A stretch of DNA of 64,000 bases from an uncultured Nitrososphaeria archaeon (lineage in GTDB: Archaea; Thermoproteota; Nitrososphaeria; Geothermarchaeales; JDFR-13): positions 2,350 through 66,349 of the forward strand of contig CAYTHX010000007.1 of NCBI GenBank assembly GCA_964437705.1, in the 5' to 3' direction. Under the pieces are notes generated by a model that saw nothing but the letters and a program-made list of their open reading frames with translations, had not been told where the DNA came from and searched no databases. Each line of letters opens with the position of its first letter. The stretch's first letter is position 1. Shown in pieces: positions 10,437 to 19,909 of the stretch. The position numbers and the translations under genes are program-made.

Positions 10437-11210
10437 TTATTCTGCTCTTGGTGCAAGATAATAAATGAATTTTTCATATTCTATAAGCTCGAAATCTATT
10501 TTTAGTGGTAAGTTCGTTCCTAATTGCACAGTTGCTACTCCAGAATTTCCACTTAGTTCCTTGACTATGTTTAATATTGATTTTAAGTTATAACTAGCAG
10601 TGCTTGGCTCCTCTACGACAATCGCCATTAATTCTATATGATCTGGATACCTTAGAGTAACTGAAGATTCAAATCCCTCTTCATTTCTACTTGAGAATGT
10701 GACTGTATTCTCCTGTGCTGTAATTGTTATTTTATCGTCAACTAATTTAAGTTCGTTTAAGATACTTTTAAGAGAGGATGTTGTTACTTTAAAAGTCGCT
10801 TTAAATGGTACATTTGGCACACCAGTTTCCTTTCTATCCTCGCTTATCATCATAGGGACTGCAAAAAATCTTTCATAAGGTTCCTTTGTGGATATATTGA
10901 AGGTTCGTTTCCCTTCTTCAAAGTTAAACTCCAACTCCTTAGCATTTTTACATGCTTTTACATAATCAGCCAATGTATCGATTGGAACGCAGACTGGTAT
11001 TTTCCCTTCTCCAGTAAACTCGTACTCAATAAAGTAATCTCTTTGTAACTCAAAATCTATCATGCTAATTCTAGCAGTATCTAAATCTCTAAATGAGAAG
11101 CTTTCCTCTGAAATCCAAAAACACGCTTCATCCGTAAGTCTTTCAATGGCATTAAAGAATCTTATTAACCTTTTGATTTTATCCTCACTAACTACAGCTC
11201 TAAATGTCAT
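10437..11210 (-). CDS. pcn: DNA sliding clamp PCNA
   Basis: RDLDTARISMIDF, C-terminal YYLAPR; 257 aa; priL-pcna-tfs synteny. Confidence 0.92.
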   Translation of the reverse strand: MTFRAVVSEDKIKRLIRFFNAIERLTDEACFWISEESFSFRDLDTARISMIDFELQRDYFIEYEFTGEGKIPVCVPIDTLADYVKACKNAKELEFNFEEGKRTFNISTKEPYERFFAVPMMISEDRKETGVPNVPFKATFKVTTSSLKSILNELKLVDDKITITAQENTVTFSSRNEEGFESSVTLRYPDHIELMAIVVEEPSTASYNLKSILNIVKELSGNSGVATVQLGTNLPLKIDFELIEYEKFIYYLAPRAE

Positions 11211-11373
11211 AGCATAAACCCTCCATCATTTTCTATATGATTATGCTTACTTTTATAGATTACTATTATAAAAATAGAAGATTAGGAAACAGTAATTTTT
11301 AGATTTTAAAGTTACCTTATTAAAGAAACTTAAATTGCTAATTAAGTTGTTAAATGGATCGTAATATCTTCAA

Positions 11374-11706
11374 CTATGTATATAACCTCCATATATATCC
11401 ACACTTAACACATTTGAAGAACTGAGTAGTTCCTTCGTCCCCCGATCTTGTTTGAACCTCCCAATAATATGCGCGATCGTGTCCACAATTAGGACATACG
11501 ACTTTCGTAGTTGGAAGTAATTGTTTTTTCTTCTCCTTCTCGCTTATTACAACTATTTTTTCCTCCTTAGATAACTTTTTAGATAACAGTAGTTTGTTTT
11601 CTGATCTCTCCTTGTAACCGCATCTACTACAAATTAAGTATACATTATTATCATGAATTTCAATCTTCATTATATTCCCACACTTTGGGCAAAATTTTAC
11701 GGCCAG
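11374..11706 (-). CDS. tfs: Transcription elongation factor TFS (probable CTG start at 11706; ORF track starts at 11670)
   Basis: FCPKCG..CSRCG N-terminal Zn ribbon; C-terminal CPNCG...QTRSGDEGTTQFFKCVKC with acidic DE finger. Confidence 0.93.
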   Translation of the reverse strand: MAVKFCPKCGNIMKIEIHDNNVYLICSRCGYKERSENKLLLSKKLSKEEKIVVISEKEKKKQLLPTTKVVCPNCGHDRAYYWEVQTRSGDEGTTQFFKCVKCGYIWRLYT

Positions 11707-11708
11707 AC

Positions 11709-11996
11709 TTAATCACCTTTTACTGCTTTTATTATCTCCCTCTTTATATTACTCATTTCATCTTTAAATTTTTCTACATCTTCAATTATTATATCAAGAG
11801 GATTCTCAATTTCCTTTTTAAATCTAACTTCTAAAATCATCTCCTTAAGAAGAGGATGAGAAATATAAAAGCCCGCACCTTCTATTCTATCATCCCTAAG
11901 TAATGCTTCTTGAATAAGATTACCCAATGTATAATCTTGACCTTTTATAATTAAGCGTATCCTTTTAGCGCTTTTCTTTTCAATCCTTATATCCAT
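11709..11996 (-). CDS. rpoL: RNA polymerase subunit Rpo11/RpoL
   Basis: GQDYTLGNLIQEAL...ISHPL. Confidence 0.93.
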   Translation of the reverse strand: MDIRIEKKSAKRIRLIIKGQDYTLGNLIQEALLRDDRIEGAGFYISHPLLKEMILEVRFKKEIENPLDIIIEDVEKFKDEMSNIKREIIKAVKGD

Positions 11997-12000
11997 TTTA

Positions 12001-12570
12001 TCACATCACCTTACCATATAATCTTGAAATCTTTCTTTCCTCAATATTTTTACATTTCCTACATTTAAGTTTATTATCTAATTTATCTTTTACAAGTGGT
12101 GTTCCGCATGTACTACAAAATGCTAGGATGACACCATAATCTTTGCCAGCAATACTTAAATGTATTGTTCTATTTAGTTTACTTATAACCTTAGCATAAA
12201 TGTAATCGCCCAATTTATACAACTTAAAGATATCTTTAGGCTCTTTTACGACTTTCGGAGGATGAAGTGTTCCTGTAAATTTTCTATCTAAGGAATTCAT
12301 ATTTATGGCAAAAATTTCTACAATTCCGTATATACTTGAGAAGTTTACAATTCTACCTAGAACATTATCGCCTACTTCAACTATCTTTAATTTCTTAAAG
12401 GGCGTAATTACTAAGTCTTTAGTCTTAAGATCGATAGAGACTTTCCCCCAAAATAAACTTCTAATATTTCCATTTTCATCTTCGTATGCTCCTCTTTTTG
12501 GTATAAATTCTTCTATAGTTCCAAGTTTGATTCCGGGTATTGCAACAACATGTATCTTTTCCTTCTTCAA
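12001..12570 (-). CDS. csl4: Exosome RNA-binding subunit Csl4
   Basis: PGIKLGTIEEF, S1 domain, GVILAFCSTCG...CRKC...ERKIS Zn ribbon. Confidence 0.92.
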   Translation of the reverse strand: MKKEKIHVVAIPGIKLGTIEEFIPKRGAYEDENGNIRSLFWGKVSIDLKTKDLVITPFKKLKIVEVGDNVLGRIVNFSSIYGIVEIFAINMNSLDRKFTGTLHPPKVVKEPKDIFKLYKLGDYIYAKVISKLNRTIHLSIAGKDYGVILAFCSTCGTPLVKDKLDNKLKCRKCKNIEERKISRLYGKVM

Positions 12571-13574
12571 AGTGGATACACCTCTTCAAACCTCTTTTCG
12601 CCTATAAGTATTAAATACTGCTCATAATTAAGAATAGGCCTTGAAAATCTCTCTTGGTCATCAATCGATATACGTGGGCAACCAGTCTGGATAAATGCAT
12701 CTAAATCAATAAAATATTGTAAATTCTCCTCGGCGACTTCAGATAATATTATATGATACACCTTCTTTCCCATTTGATGTAGCCTTTTACAAACTTGAAG
12801 AGAAAGATCGAGGTTAAATTGTCCGGATTTATTTACGGTTATAACCCCAAATTTCTTAGCGCTCTTTGCTTTCTCAATTCTTGTCGCGATTATCGATAAA
12901 ATTCTTTTTCTCTCCTTCTCCATGTCAATGAGCTGTTCACGATGAACATCTAGGAGAATAGTTTTCTTTCCTGTCCATATCGCCACTCCAAGCGCATGGA
13001 AAATTCCACTACTGATTACAATAAATAAATCAATATTACCGGTATCTTTTACAACTTTAGGTATATTACACCCTAAAACTAAACTTTGAGAATCTTTTAT
13101 TAATGTTGAGGCCTTTTTACACCGAAAAATTTTGGATAAAATCCATTTATAGATAGGATAATATTGAATTGAGTAGAGAAACTTGACACGATAATTACTG
13201 CAAAGGTCAAAAATTTCTTGAAGAAGGTCCTCTCTCAACTTAACTTTCTCATAGTATAACGGTACATAAATCACAGGGACTAAAACGTGTTTGTGATCAT
13301 ATTTAAAAGGAGTATGTCCAACGTGAACCAATAAGTCTATTTTTAATTTAGGAATTTTATCTATAGGTAGATCGCAGGCGCCGTAGCATTTATCTCCATC
13401 AATAATTACGTCAACCGTCGGATTTGCACGTAGTATGCTCTCCTTAATCGCCAGAAGCCTATTTTTAAATCCATCAGCTCCTTGTATTAAAATTCTTTCA
13501 GGATTAAAGGCCTTGATATAGTTGATTATTTCATTTACAGTTTTGCAAATAGCATAATCCCTATAACTACTCAT
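12567..13574 (-). CDS. dph2: Diphthamide biosynthesis protein Dph2
   Basis: CYGACD, VHVGH, VLGC, QTGCPRISIDD (three Fe-S Cys). Confidence 0.93.
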   Translation of the reverse strand: MSSYRDYAICKTVNEIINYIKAFNPERILIQGADGFKNRLLAIKESILRANPTVDVIIDGDKCYGACDLPIDKIPKLKIDLLVHVGHTPFKYDHKHVLVPVIYVPLYYEKVKLREDLLQEIFDLCSNYRVKFLYSIQYYPIYKWILSKIFRCKKASTLIKDSQSLVLGCNIPKVVKDTGNIDLFIVISSGIFHALGVAIWTGKKTILLDVHREQLIDMEKERKRILSIIATRIEKAKSAKKFGVITVNKSGQFNLDLSLQVCKRLHQMGKKVYHIILSEVAEENLQYFIDLDAFIQTGCPRISIDDQERFSRPILNYEQYLILIGEKRFEEVYPL

Positions 13575-13587
13575 GAGGTAAAATTAC

Positions 13588-14085
13588 CTATTGAAGAGTT
13601 ATTGTCTCTATCCATCCACCCTTAGGAATCTTACTGGCTCCGACTTTTAGGGCTTCAATAGCTTGTTGCTGAAACCTCTTATATGTCCTGACAAAGGCTA
13701 TAATCTGATCTTTTTCTACAGCTGCTGCCCGTCCTATAGGTTTTCCAAATGCTCTTCGCATCCCCTCTTGAAGTCTATCAGCTCCAGCTCCAGTCATCAT
13801 TTTATTTTCACGTAGCACGTGGTGTGGATAGACATTTATCTTGAAGTGAAAGTTATCGCCTCCAATACGTTTTGATAATAATCTATTGACATTCATTCTT
13901 AAAGCTTCTAATGCACGATCACGAACAAGTGCTTTTTCATTAGCTCTTAGCCTGACTTCAACTTCATAGTCATCCTTAATAACGCCCATATCGAATTTTG
14001 TTATTTTTGGCTGAGGTGCTCCATGTATATACTCTAATCTAGTGTACAGCTGACCTCTAATACTTCGATAATTCTTTGCCTTCAA
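13588..14085 (-). CDS. rpl10e: 50S ribosomal protein L10e/uL16
   Basis: YPHHVLRENKMMTGAGADRLQEGMRRAFGKP. Confidence 0.97.
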   Translation of the reverse strand: MKAKNYRSIRGQLYTRLEYIHGAPQPKITKFDMGVIKDDYEVEVRLRANEKALVRDRALEALRMNVNRLLSKRIGGDNFHFKINVYPHHVLRENKMMTGAGADRLQEGMRRAFGKPIGRAAAVEKDQIIAFVRTYKRFQQQAIEALKVGASKIPKGGWIETITLQ

Positions 14086-14121
14086 GACTTATCACCTAAA
14101 TTTAGTATTCGGCTTTAGTAT

Positions 14122-14859
14122 TTAATCTTTATCATGTTGCTTTTCCTTTAGCAAATCCAAGATAAACTTAAATAAGCGTAAAACAAGTCCCGCCTCTCGG
14201 TAGTCAGGACTTCCTCTCTGTAAAATATTTTTAAATGATGCAATCATAAGTTTCCTAAACCTTTCTTCATATACTACTTCTTTAGCAATCTCATTTAAGA
14301 TTTCAATGATTTTTTCTCTTAATTCACGTGGAGCAATTTTTCTCCGAATCCTTTTATTTAAAATTTTAACATAAAAGTAATATAAGATGATTGCTGCAGC
14401 ATGAGTAATATTAAGTGTTGGGTATTTCTCGTTCGCTTCTATTGTTAACATTAAATCGCATTTACTAATTTCTTCATTTGTAAGCCCTGTTGTTTCCCGA
14501 CCTAGAATAATAGCTACGTTTCGAATTCCTCTTTCAATAATGATATCATATAGCTCGCTAAGCGTAATAGGTCGACGTAAAATATTACCGCCTCTTAGCC
14601 TATATATTGCAGATGTTGCGACAATTAAATCCATATCCTTAAAAGCTTCTTCTAGTTTTTTACATATTACTGCTCTATCAAGTACTTCTTGCGCGTGTGA
14701 AGAGAATTTATAAGCGTCTTCCCAGTCTTCTCCACATAATTTTGGATTAACAATGCAAAGTTGATTAACTTCAAAATTTTTGCATAATCTAGCAAGCATT
14801 CCTAAATTTAACCCAGTTTGTGGTTCAACAACTACTAAACGAAGAAATACCTTTCTCAT
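14122..14859 (-). CDS. trmJ: SPOUT RNA methyltransferase, TrmJ/TrmH family
   Basis: NLGMLARLCKNF, LGRETTGLTNEE, YPTLNITHA. Confidence 0.85.
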   Translation of the reverse strand: MRKVFLRLVVVEPQTGLNLGMLARLCKNFEVNQLCIVNPKLCGEDWEDAYKFSSHAQEVLDRAVICKKLEEAFKDMDLIVATSAIYRLRGGNILRRPITLSELYDIIIERGIRNVAIILGRETTGLTNEEISKCDLMLTIEANEKYPTLNITHAAAIILYYFYVKILNKRIRRKIAPRELREKIIEILNEIAKEVVYEERFRKLMIASFKNILQRGSPDYREAGLVLRLFKFILDLLKEKQHDKD

Positions 14860-14941
14860 TTCTAAATATCTTATTAATAGCTTATGAGCTAAAAGTTAAA
14901 AAATAGTTAAAAGATAAACTTAGCATAAAGAGTTTTTTGGA

Positions 14942-16030
14942 ATGGTTACTAATTTACCAGAGAACGTTAAAGCACAGTGGAGAAGAGTTATAGCAGCAAA
15001 AGATCCGGAGACAAAACTAGTAGAGCTATTAAAATTTTACTCTATGGTTCCTAAACATAAGGGAACCAAAAACCTGCTAAAACAAGTAAGGCGACAAATT
15101 TCTAAATTGCGTGAGGAAATTGAGGAAAGAAAAAGAAGAAAATATGCACAATATATTCCTGCTTGGGAATTCCCTAAGCATGGCGTTGCTAGAATTGCAT
15201 TACTATCAAATGACTACTATTTATCCGCATCCTTCTTTAAATTTCTAACGGGCATTGATGTCTTAGAAGCTATGTGGAGACATGAACCAATATACGGAAT
15301 TTACTCAGATGGTACTTTACAGTATCAAATAGTCTATCTTCCACCACTTTATATAAGCGATAACCTGGACTACAAAATAGCATCATTTTGCAAAACGTGT
15401 GATATGTTATTTATCATATTAACAAGTGATGTATATATAAAAGAGATTTACGATCGACTAAAAATATACGGTTTGTCGCTAGAAAAGAAACCGCTGGAGT
15501 TATCAATAAAGCGATTATCATCTGGCGGTATCCGAATAATAGGTCTAAGAAAATATGAAAATGTTATCAAAAATATACTCATGAGAATGGGTATCAATCA
15601 TGTAGTGGTGTCCATTGAAGTGAATGGAGACGTTTCTGAGGATGAAATAGAAGATGCAATTACTAGACAAGCTGTTTACGTTCCAAATTATTATATTTCT
15701 CACTTTAATAACGAATACATCTATATCAAGAACTTTTCTATTTCTAATACAGATGATAATGAAATCGTTCTTAGAAAGAATGAATTAGGTATCTTTATAC
15801 TCAAGGAGTTAAAATTGATAAGAGTTTATACGAGAGATCGATCCGGGAACGTGGCAAAATATCCAGTAATCTTAAGGGAGGGGTCTAAAGTATATGATTT
15901 GGCAAAAATTATTCATACTTCTCTAGCAGATAATATGCGATATGCTGTAGTTATAAGAAATAGAAATGAAATTAAAGTCTCAAAAGATTACGAGCTTATG
16001 GATAACGATATTGTTGAGATCAGAACCTAA
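14942..16030 (+). CDS. DRG/OBG-family TGS-domain protein with degenerate G domain
   Basis: DRG-type N-terminus (NLP...VPKHKGT) and C-terminal TGS (IRVYTR...AKIIH); G1, G3 and G4 motifs not recognisable. Confidence 0.8.
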   Translation: MVTNLPENVKAQWRRVIAAKDPETKLVELLKFYSMVPKHKGTKNLLKQVRRQISKLREEIEERKRRKYAQYIPAWEFPKHGVARIALLSNDYYLSASFFKFLTGIDVLEAMWRHEPIYGIYSDGTLQYQIVYLPPLYISDNLDYKIASFCKTCDMLFIILTSDVYIKEIYDRLKIYGLSLEKKPLELSIKRLSSGGIRIIGLRKYENVIKNILMRMGINHVVVSIEVNGDVSEDEIEDAITRQAVYVPNYYISHFNNEYIYIKNFSISNTDDNEIVLRKNELGIFILKELKLIRVYTRDRSGNVAKYPVILREGSKVYDLAKIIHTSLADNMRYAVVIRNRNEIKVSKDYELMDNDIVEIRT

Positions 16031-16083
16031 TGTTCTTTCTCTACTTTGTTTAAACTCGAAGGATAATGTTTTTACTATTAGAC

Positions 16084-16731
16084 TTAAAATGGTTTAGGAG
16101 ATGGTTTGACAACAAATAGGTAATATTTTTGATCATTCATTATTTCTTCCATAACACGGCCTGCTATGGCTTTTATTGGATCAATCCCTGTTCTCTTTAG
16201 GAAATCTTCAAAGCTTTCAAATGGTTTAATTTCTCTCTCCCTAATTATTTGCCACATCTTTTTCTTTCCTATGTGTGGTAGTAATTCCAGGATATGTAGT
16301 TTTGGTGTTATGGGACCCGCTGTATTTAGAAATTTAATCCATTTTTCCTCATTTGATTTTATTATCTTTGTTACCGCATTTTCAAGTTCAGTTTTTGCTA
16401 TACTTGTTAAGTTTTCATAGGTCACTTTCTGTATAATTATGTCAACTTTTGCCTTTGGTCCTGGCCCGATGTAAACCTTATCTAATATTGATACATTAGC
16501 TTCTGGCTTTAACAAAACTTCAAAAAGCATAAAATATTGTTCACCAATAACTTGAGCAATTTTCCCAAAAACTCTTACCTTTTTTTCTATTCTTCTTTTA
16601 TCTTTAAATTCTATACGCTTAATTACACGTTCATCTTCAAATACATCAAGTACATACGCAAAATATTCAAGTTTTTGTTTGCTTCTATCTCTAGAATATT
16701 GTGACATATTGTTTGGAACCATTTTCTTCAC
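16084..16731 (-). CDS. DUF655 family putative RNA-binding protein
   Basis: EYFAYVLD, QVIGEQYFMLFE, HILELLPHIGKK HhH; conserved downstream of rpoF. Confidence 0.9.
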   Translation of the reverse strand: MKKMVPNNMSQYSRDRSKQKLEYFAYVLDVFEDERVIKRIEFKDKRRIEKKVRVFGKIAQVIGEQYFMLFEVLLKPEANVSILDKVYIGPGPKAKVDIIIQKVTYENLTSIAKTELENAVTKIIKSNEEKWIKFLNTAGPITPKLHILELLPHIGKKKMWQIIREREIKPFESFEDFLKRTGIDPIKAIAGRVMEEIMNDQKYYLFVVKPSPKPF

Positions 16732-16772
16732 TAAAAATATATTATTGAATATCGAGTATGTATTTTTTACAC

Positions 16773-17099
16773 TTATTCTAAATACTTCTTTACAAGTGTA
16801 AGAATTTCATCAATAAAGTTTTTAGGTAAAATTGTCTTTCTATGATGAAATATGTCTTTTAACTCTTCAGCTGTTTGAGGAAGAATGTTTATAATCATAA
16901 CAGCCTCTTCTTCAGTAATATCCTCTAAAGACAGTAACTTTTCTTTTAGCTCTCTTGCTTTTTCAGGAGAGATCTTAGAAAATTTAGATACATATTCATA
17001 TGTTCTTCTTTGTAGCGAACCTAGCTCTTCAACTTCAGAAATTACAGCTCTCATTTCTGCATTACTTATTAATTCTCTTTCTAAGATTCTTTTAGGCAA
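16773..17099 (-). CDS. rpoF: RNA polymerase subunit Rpo4/RpoF
   Basis: LQRRTYEYVSKFSK...AVMIINILPQTAEEL. Confidence 0.92.
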   Translation of the reverse strand: MPKRILERELISNAEMRAVISEVEELGSLQRRTYEYVSKFSKISPEKARELKEKLLSLEDITEEEAVMIINILPQTAEELKDIFHHRKTILPKNFIDEILTLVKKYLE

Positions 17100-17197
17100 T
17101 TAGCTCACCATAAACTAAATATACATTATATGAGAAAATTTAACTTTTTAGAACTCAGATAAGTAGCGTTTTAAAATATTAAAAACACTTGAAATTA

Positions 17198-17509
17198 TCA
17201 ACTTAAGTTTTTAATTGGTCGTAGATGTTCTGGAGGAATTATAAGTAGTACTCTCTTATCTCCTTTGCTTGTTTCAATTTCTAGTGATCTTCCTCTGAAG
17301 CCTTTAACAATCCCTATCTTTCCATGGTATCTTCTGTGTGGCATTCCTTTATGGCAAGAAGGATCTATATAGATAATGACTCTATCTCCTACTTTTAATC
17401 TGGAGATTTTAAGTAATCTATCGTTGAATCCAGAATGGTCTTTCTTAGTTAGTAGTTTTCTCGTCTTATATCGGAAACCTTTTGAGGAGGGCATATCAAC
17501 AATCACCAT
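17198..17509 (-). CDS. rpl21e: 50S ribosomal protein L21e
   Basis: SKGFRYKTRKLL, HKGMPHRRYHGKIG, PEHLRP. Confidence 0.96.
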   Translation of the reverse strand: MVIVDMPSSKGFRYKTRKLLTKKDHSGFNDRLLKISRLKVGDRVIIYIDPSCHKGMPHRRYHGKIGIVKGFRGRSLEIETSKGDKRVLLIIPPEHLRPIKNLS

Positions 17510-17555
17510 AAATCTAACATTGTAACATTTAATAAATACTCATTTTTGTTTTTAA

Positions 17556-18506
17556 TTATTTCTCTTTGACTATAGATAATATTTCTGCTTTTCCTTCAAG
17601 TTTGCAATTAATTTTCTCCTTTATTTCCTTTAATAAATCATTGTCAACATCAGTATGTGGATTGATTAACTGTATTCTAAAAAGTATAGTATCATTATGA
17701 TGCTGTATACTAAATCTCCACTTTGCAATTTCTAGAATACTCATTAGTGTCTCTCCTATCTTGTACTCAATAGATTCACTAGGTAATTTTCCGGTGTAGT
17801 TGCACTCTTTACATCCCTTCCCTCTACATTTTTTACAGATTCTAGCGAATATTGGGTAGTCTTTAACATATTTAATAAATTGACCAGATAACACTATTGG
17901 TTTATGAGTTATAGAGATCTTGAAAGTCAATGGATCGACTAAAATTGTTACGTCAGGCTTTTCTCCTTCATATCTTAATCTAGTTCTACTGCTTAGTCTC
18001 TTGCCAATTTCTCTTGATAGCTCATTACGAATATTTTCACCAAACGGTAACTTATACATACTTCGGACCTCATCCTCTTTTTTCTCGATCTCTGGAATAC
18101 TCTTAACTCCTACATAAAAAGTATTTATGCGATATTTAGATAAAGCGTCCACAATTTTCTCGACGTATAAATCAAGATTTTCCATAATATTGTTGCAAAT
18201 TTCACATTTCTGTCTCTTTAAATCATGTATCCTGTACTCAGGAAGAAGTATACCATATTTTAAAGCAGTTTCCTGAAGGTACTTGATATTATACCTATAT
18301 ATCAGTGATGTTAGGAGTTTTTTATCTATCCGTCTACCTTTATATATTCGAGAAACGGTATCCATAATAACAAATTCTAGTATAATTCTTCCTCTTTCCC
18401 TATTAGTTAAGCCAGTTGAAAGTGCTGCGAATAATCGTCCAAGACAAGATAAGCATAAGAAGTGATTCTTAATTATCTTTTGCGCTAAACTTAATAAGTC
18501 TGTCAT
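17556..18506 (-). CDS. pus10: Pus10-like protein, truncated and catalytically degenerate
   Basis: N-terminal LCLSCLGR and CEIC, NELSREIGK, CKKCRGKGCKEC; conserved srp54-pus10-rpl21e position; GRED motif and C-terminal region missing. Confidence 0.75.
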   Translation of the reverse strand: MTDLLSLAQKIIKNHFLCLSCLGRLFAALSTGLTNRERGRIILEFVIMDTVSRIYKGRRIDKKLLTSLIYRYNIKYLQETALKYGILLPEYRIHDLKRQKCEICNNIMENLDLYVEKIVDALSKYRINTFYVGVKSIPEIEKKEDEVRSMYKLPFGENIRNELSREIGKRLSSRTRLRYEGEKPDVTILVDPLTFKISITHKPIVLSGQFIKYVKDYPIFARICKKCRGKGCKECNYTGKLPSESIEYKIGETLMSILEIAKWRFSIQHHNDTILFRIQLINPHTDVDNDLLKEIKEKINCKLEGKAEILSIVKEK

Positions 18507-19849
18507 AACCCTAATACTCCTCTTAACCCTTTCTTTCCTATCATCGTTTTAAGAAGCCTTTTACCTTGTTTACTTCTCATCATCTTTCTGAGCATAATAT
18601 ACTGCTTTATCATTTCTTTTATAGTCTGTTCATTAACTCCGGAGCCTCTGCTTATTCTTTTTAATCTACTACCCTTAACTATCAGCGGGTCTATTTTTTC
18701 TTCATCAGTCATTGAGTTAACAATAACTTGCCATTTTTCTATTTTTTCCTCAACTTTATCAGCAATATCAGCTGGTATTTTCATAGAAAGTCCTGGTATT
18801 AAGTCTAAGAGCTTTGAAAGACTTCCTAGCTTCCTAATTTCCTGAAGTTGCTCAATCATATCAACTAATGTGAACTTACCCTTTGCTATTGCCTCCAACT
18901 TCTTTTTCTTCGCTGCGCTAATTTCTAGCATTTCAACTCGTTTTAGCAATTCCCCTAAATCGCCTAAGCCTAGAAGTCTACTTACAAATCCCTTAGGATT
19001 ATATTCCTCCAAATCTTCAATTTTTTCTCCTGTCCCTAAGAAGTATACTTTAGCACCTGTTGCAACGGCGGCCGACAATGCTCCCCCTCCCTTCGCGGTG
19101 CCATCCATCTTTGTGATTATAATTCCTCCTATCTTAACGGTCTCATTAAATGCCTTAGCTTGATTATATGCTTGCTGCCCAATACTAGCGTCTATTACTA
19201 GGAATGTAAAATCTGGTTTAATGAGTTCAGAAATTTTTTGCAGTTCCTCCATTAGTGACTTTTCGTCTTTATGTCTACCGGCAGTATCAATAATTACAAG
19301 TTCATAACCATTGCTCTGAAAGTATTTTAAACCTTTTGATGCTAGTTCTATCGGATTGTTGGTATCTATGTCAAAGAAGTCAACATTTATTTTTTCGGCT
19401 AGTTGTTGTAGCTGTATTCTTGCTGCTGGTCTATATGTATCGATACTTAGTAAACCTACTCGAAAACCTTTTCTACGATAGTACATAGCTAATTTAGCTG
19501 CAGTTGTGGTTTTCCCGGAACCTTCTATTCCTACGAGCAAAACCTTATTTAATCTTCCTTTTTCAGGAATATACTCGTTTTTTTCGCCACCTAATATACT
19601 AGTTAATTCTTCATATACTGTCTTTATTATAAAGTCGCGGAGAGGAATTCCACTTGGTGGTTTAGATTTGAGTATTTTCTCTTCGATCTTTCTACTAAAT
19701 TCTAAAACAATTTTTACATTAACATCTGATAATATTAGTCCCTTTTGCATCTCCTTTATAAACTCCTTTACCGCTTTTTCGTCTATAACTGTTTTTCCCA
19801 AGATTTTGTTAACAGCGTTTCTAAGTCTTTCCTTTAATTCATTTAGCAT
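18503..19849 (-). CDS. srp54: Signal recognition particle protein SRP54
   Basis: GIEGSGKTT, DTAGRH, TKMDGTAKGGGA, M domain RLKRISRGSG. Confidence 0.98.
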   Translation of the reverse strand: MLNELKERLRNAVNKILGKTVIDEKAVKEFIKEMQKGLILSDVNVKIVLEFSRKIEEKILKSKPPSGIPLRDFIIKTVYEELTSILGGEKNEYIPEKGRLNKVLLVGIEGSGKTTTAAKLAMYYRRKGFRVGLLSIDTYRPAARIQLQQLAEKINVDFFDIDTNNPIELASKGLKYFQSNGYELVIIDTAGRHKDEKSLMEELQKISELIKPDFTFLVIDASIGQQAYNQAKAFNETVKIGGIIITKMDGTAKGGGALSAAVATGAKVYFLGTGEKIEDLEEYNPKGFVSRLLGLGDLGELLKRVEMLEISAAKKKKLEAIAKGKFTLVDMIEQLQEIRKLGSLSKLLDLIPGLSMKIPADIADKVEEKIEKWQVIVNSMTDEEKIDPLIVKGSRLKRISRGSGVNEQTIKEMIKQYIMLRKMMRSKQGKRLLKTMIGKKGLRGVLGL

Positions 19850-19909
19850 TTCTCAACTCCTCAATCTATTAATTTTAGTTGTTGTCAAAATTATATTTGG
19901 TGTTATTAA

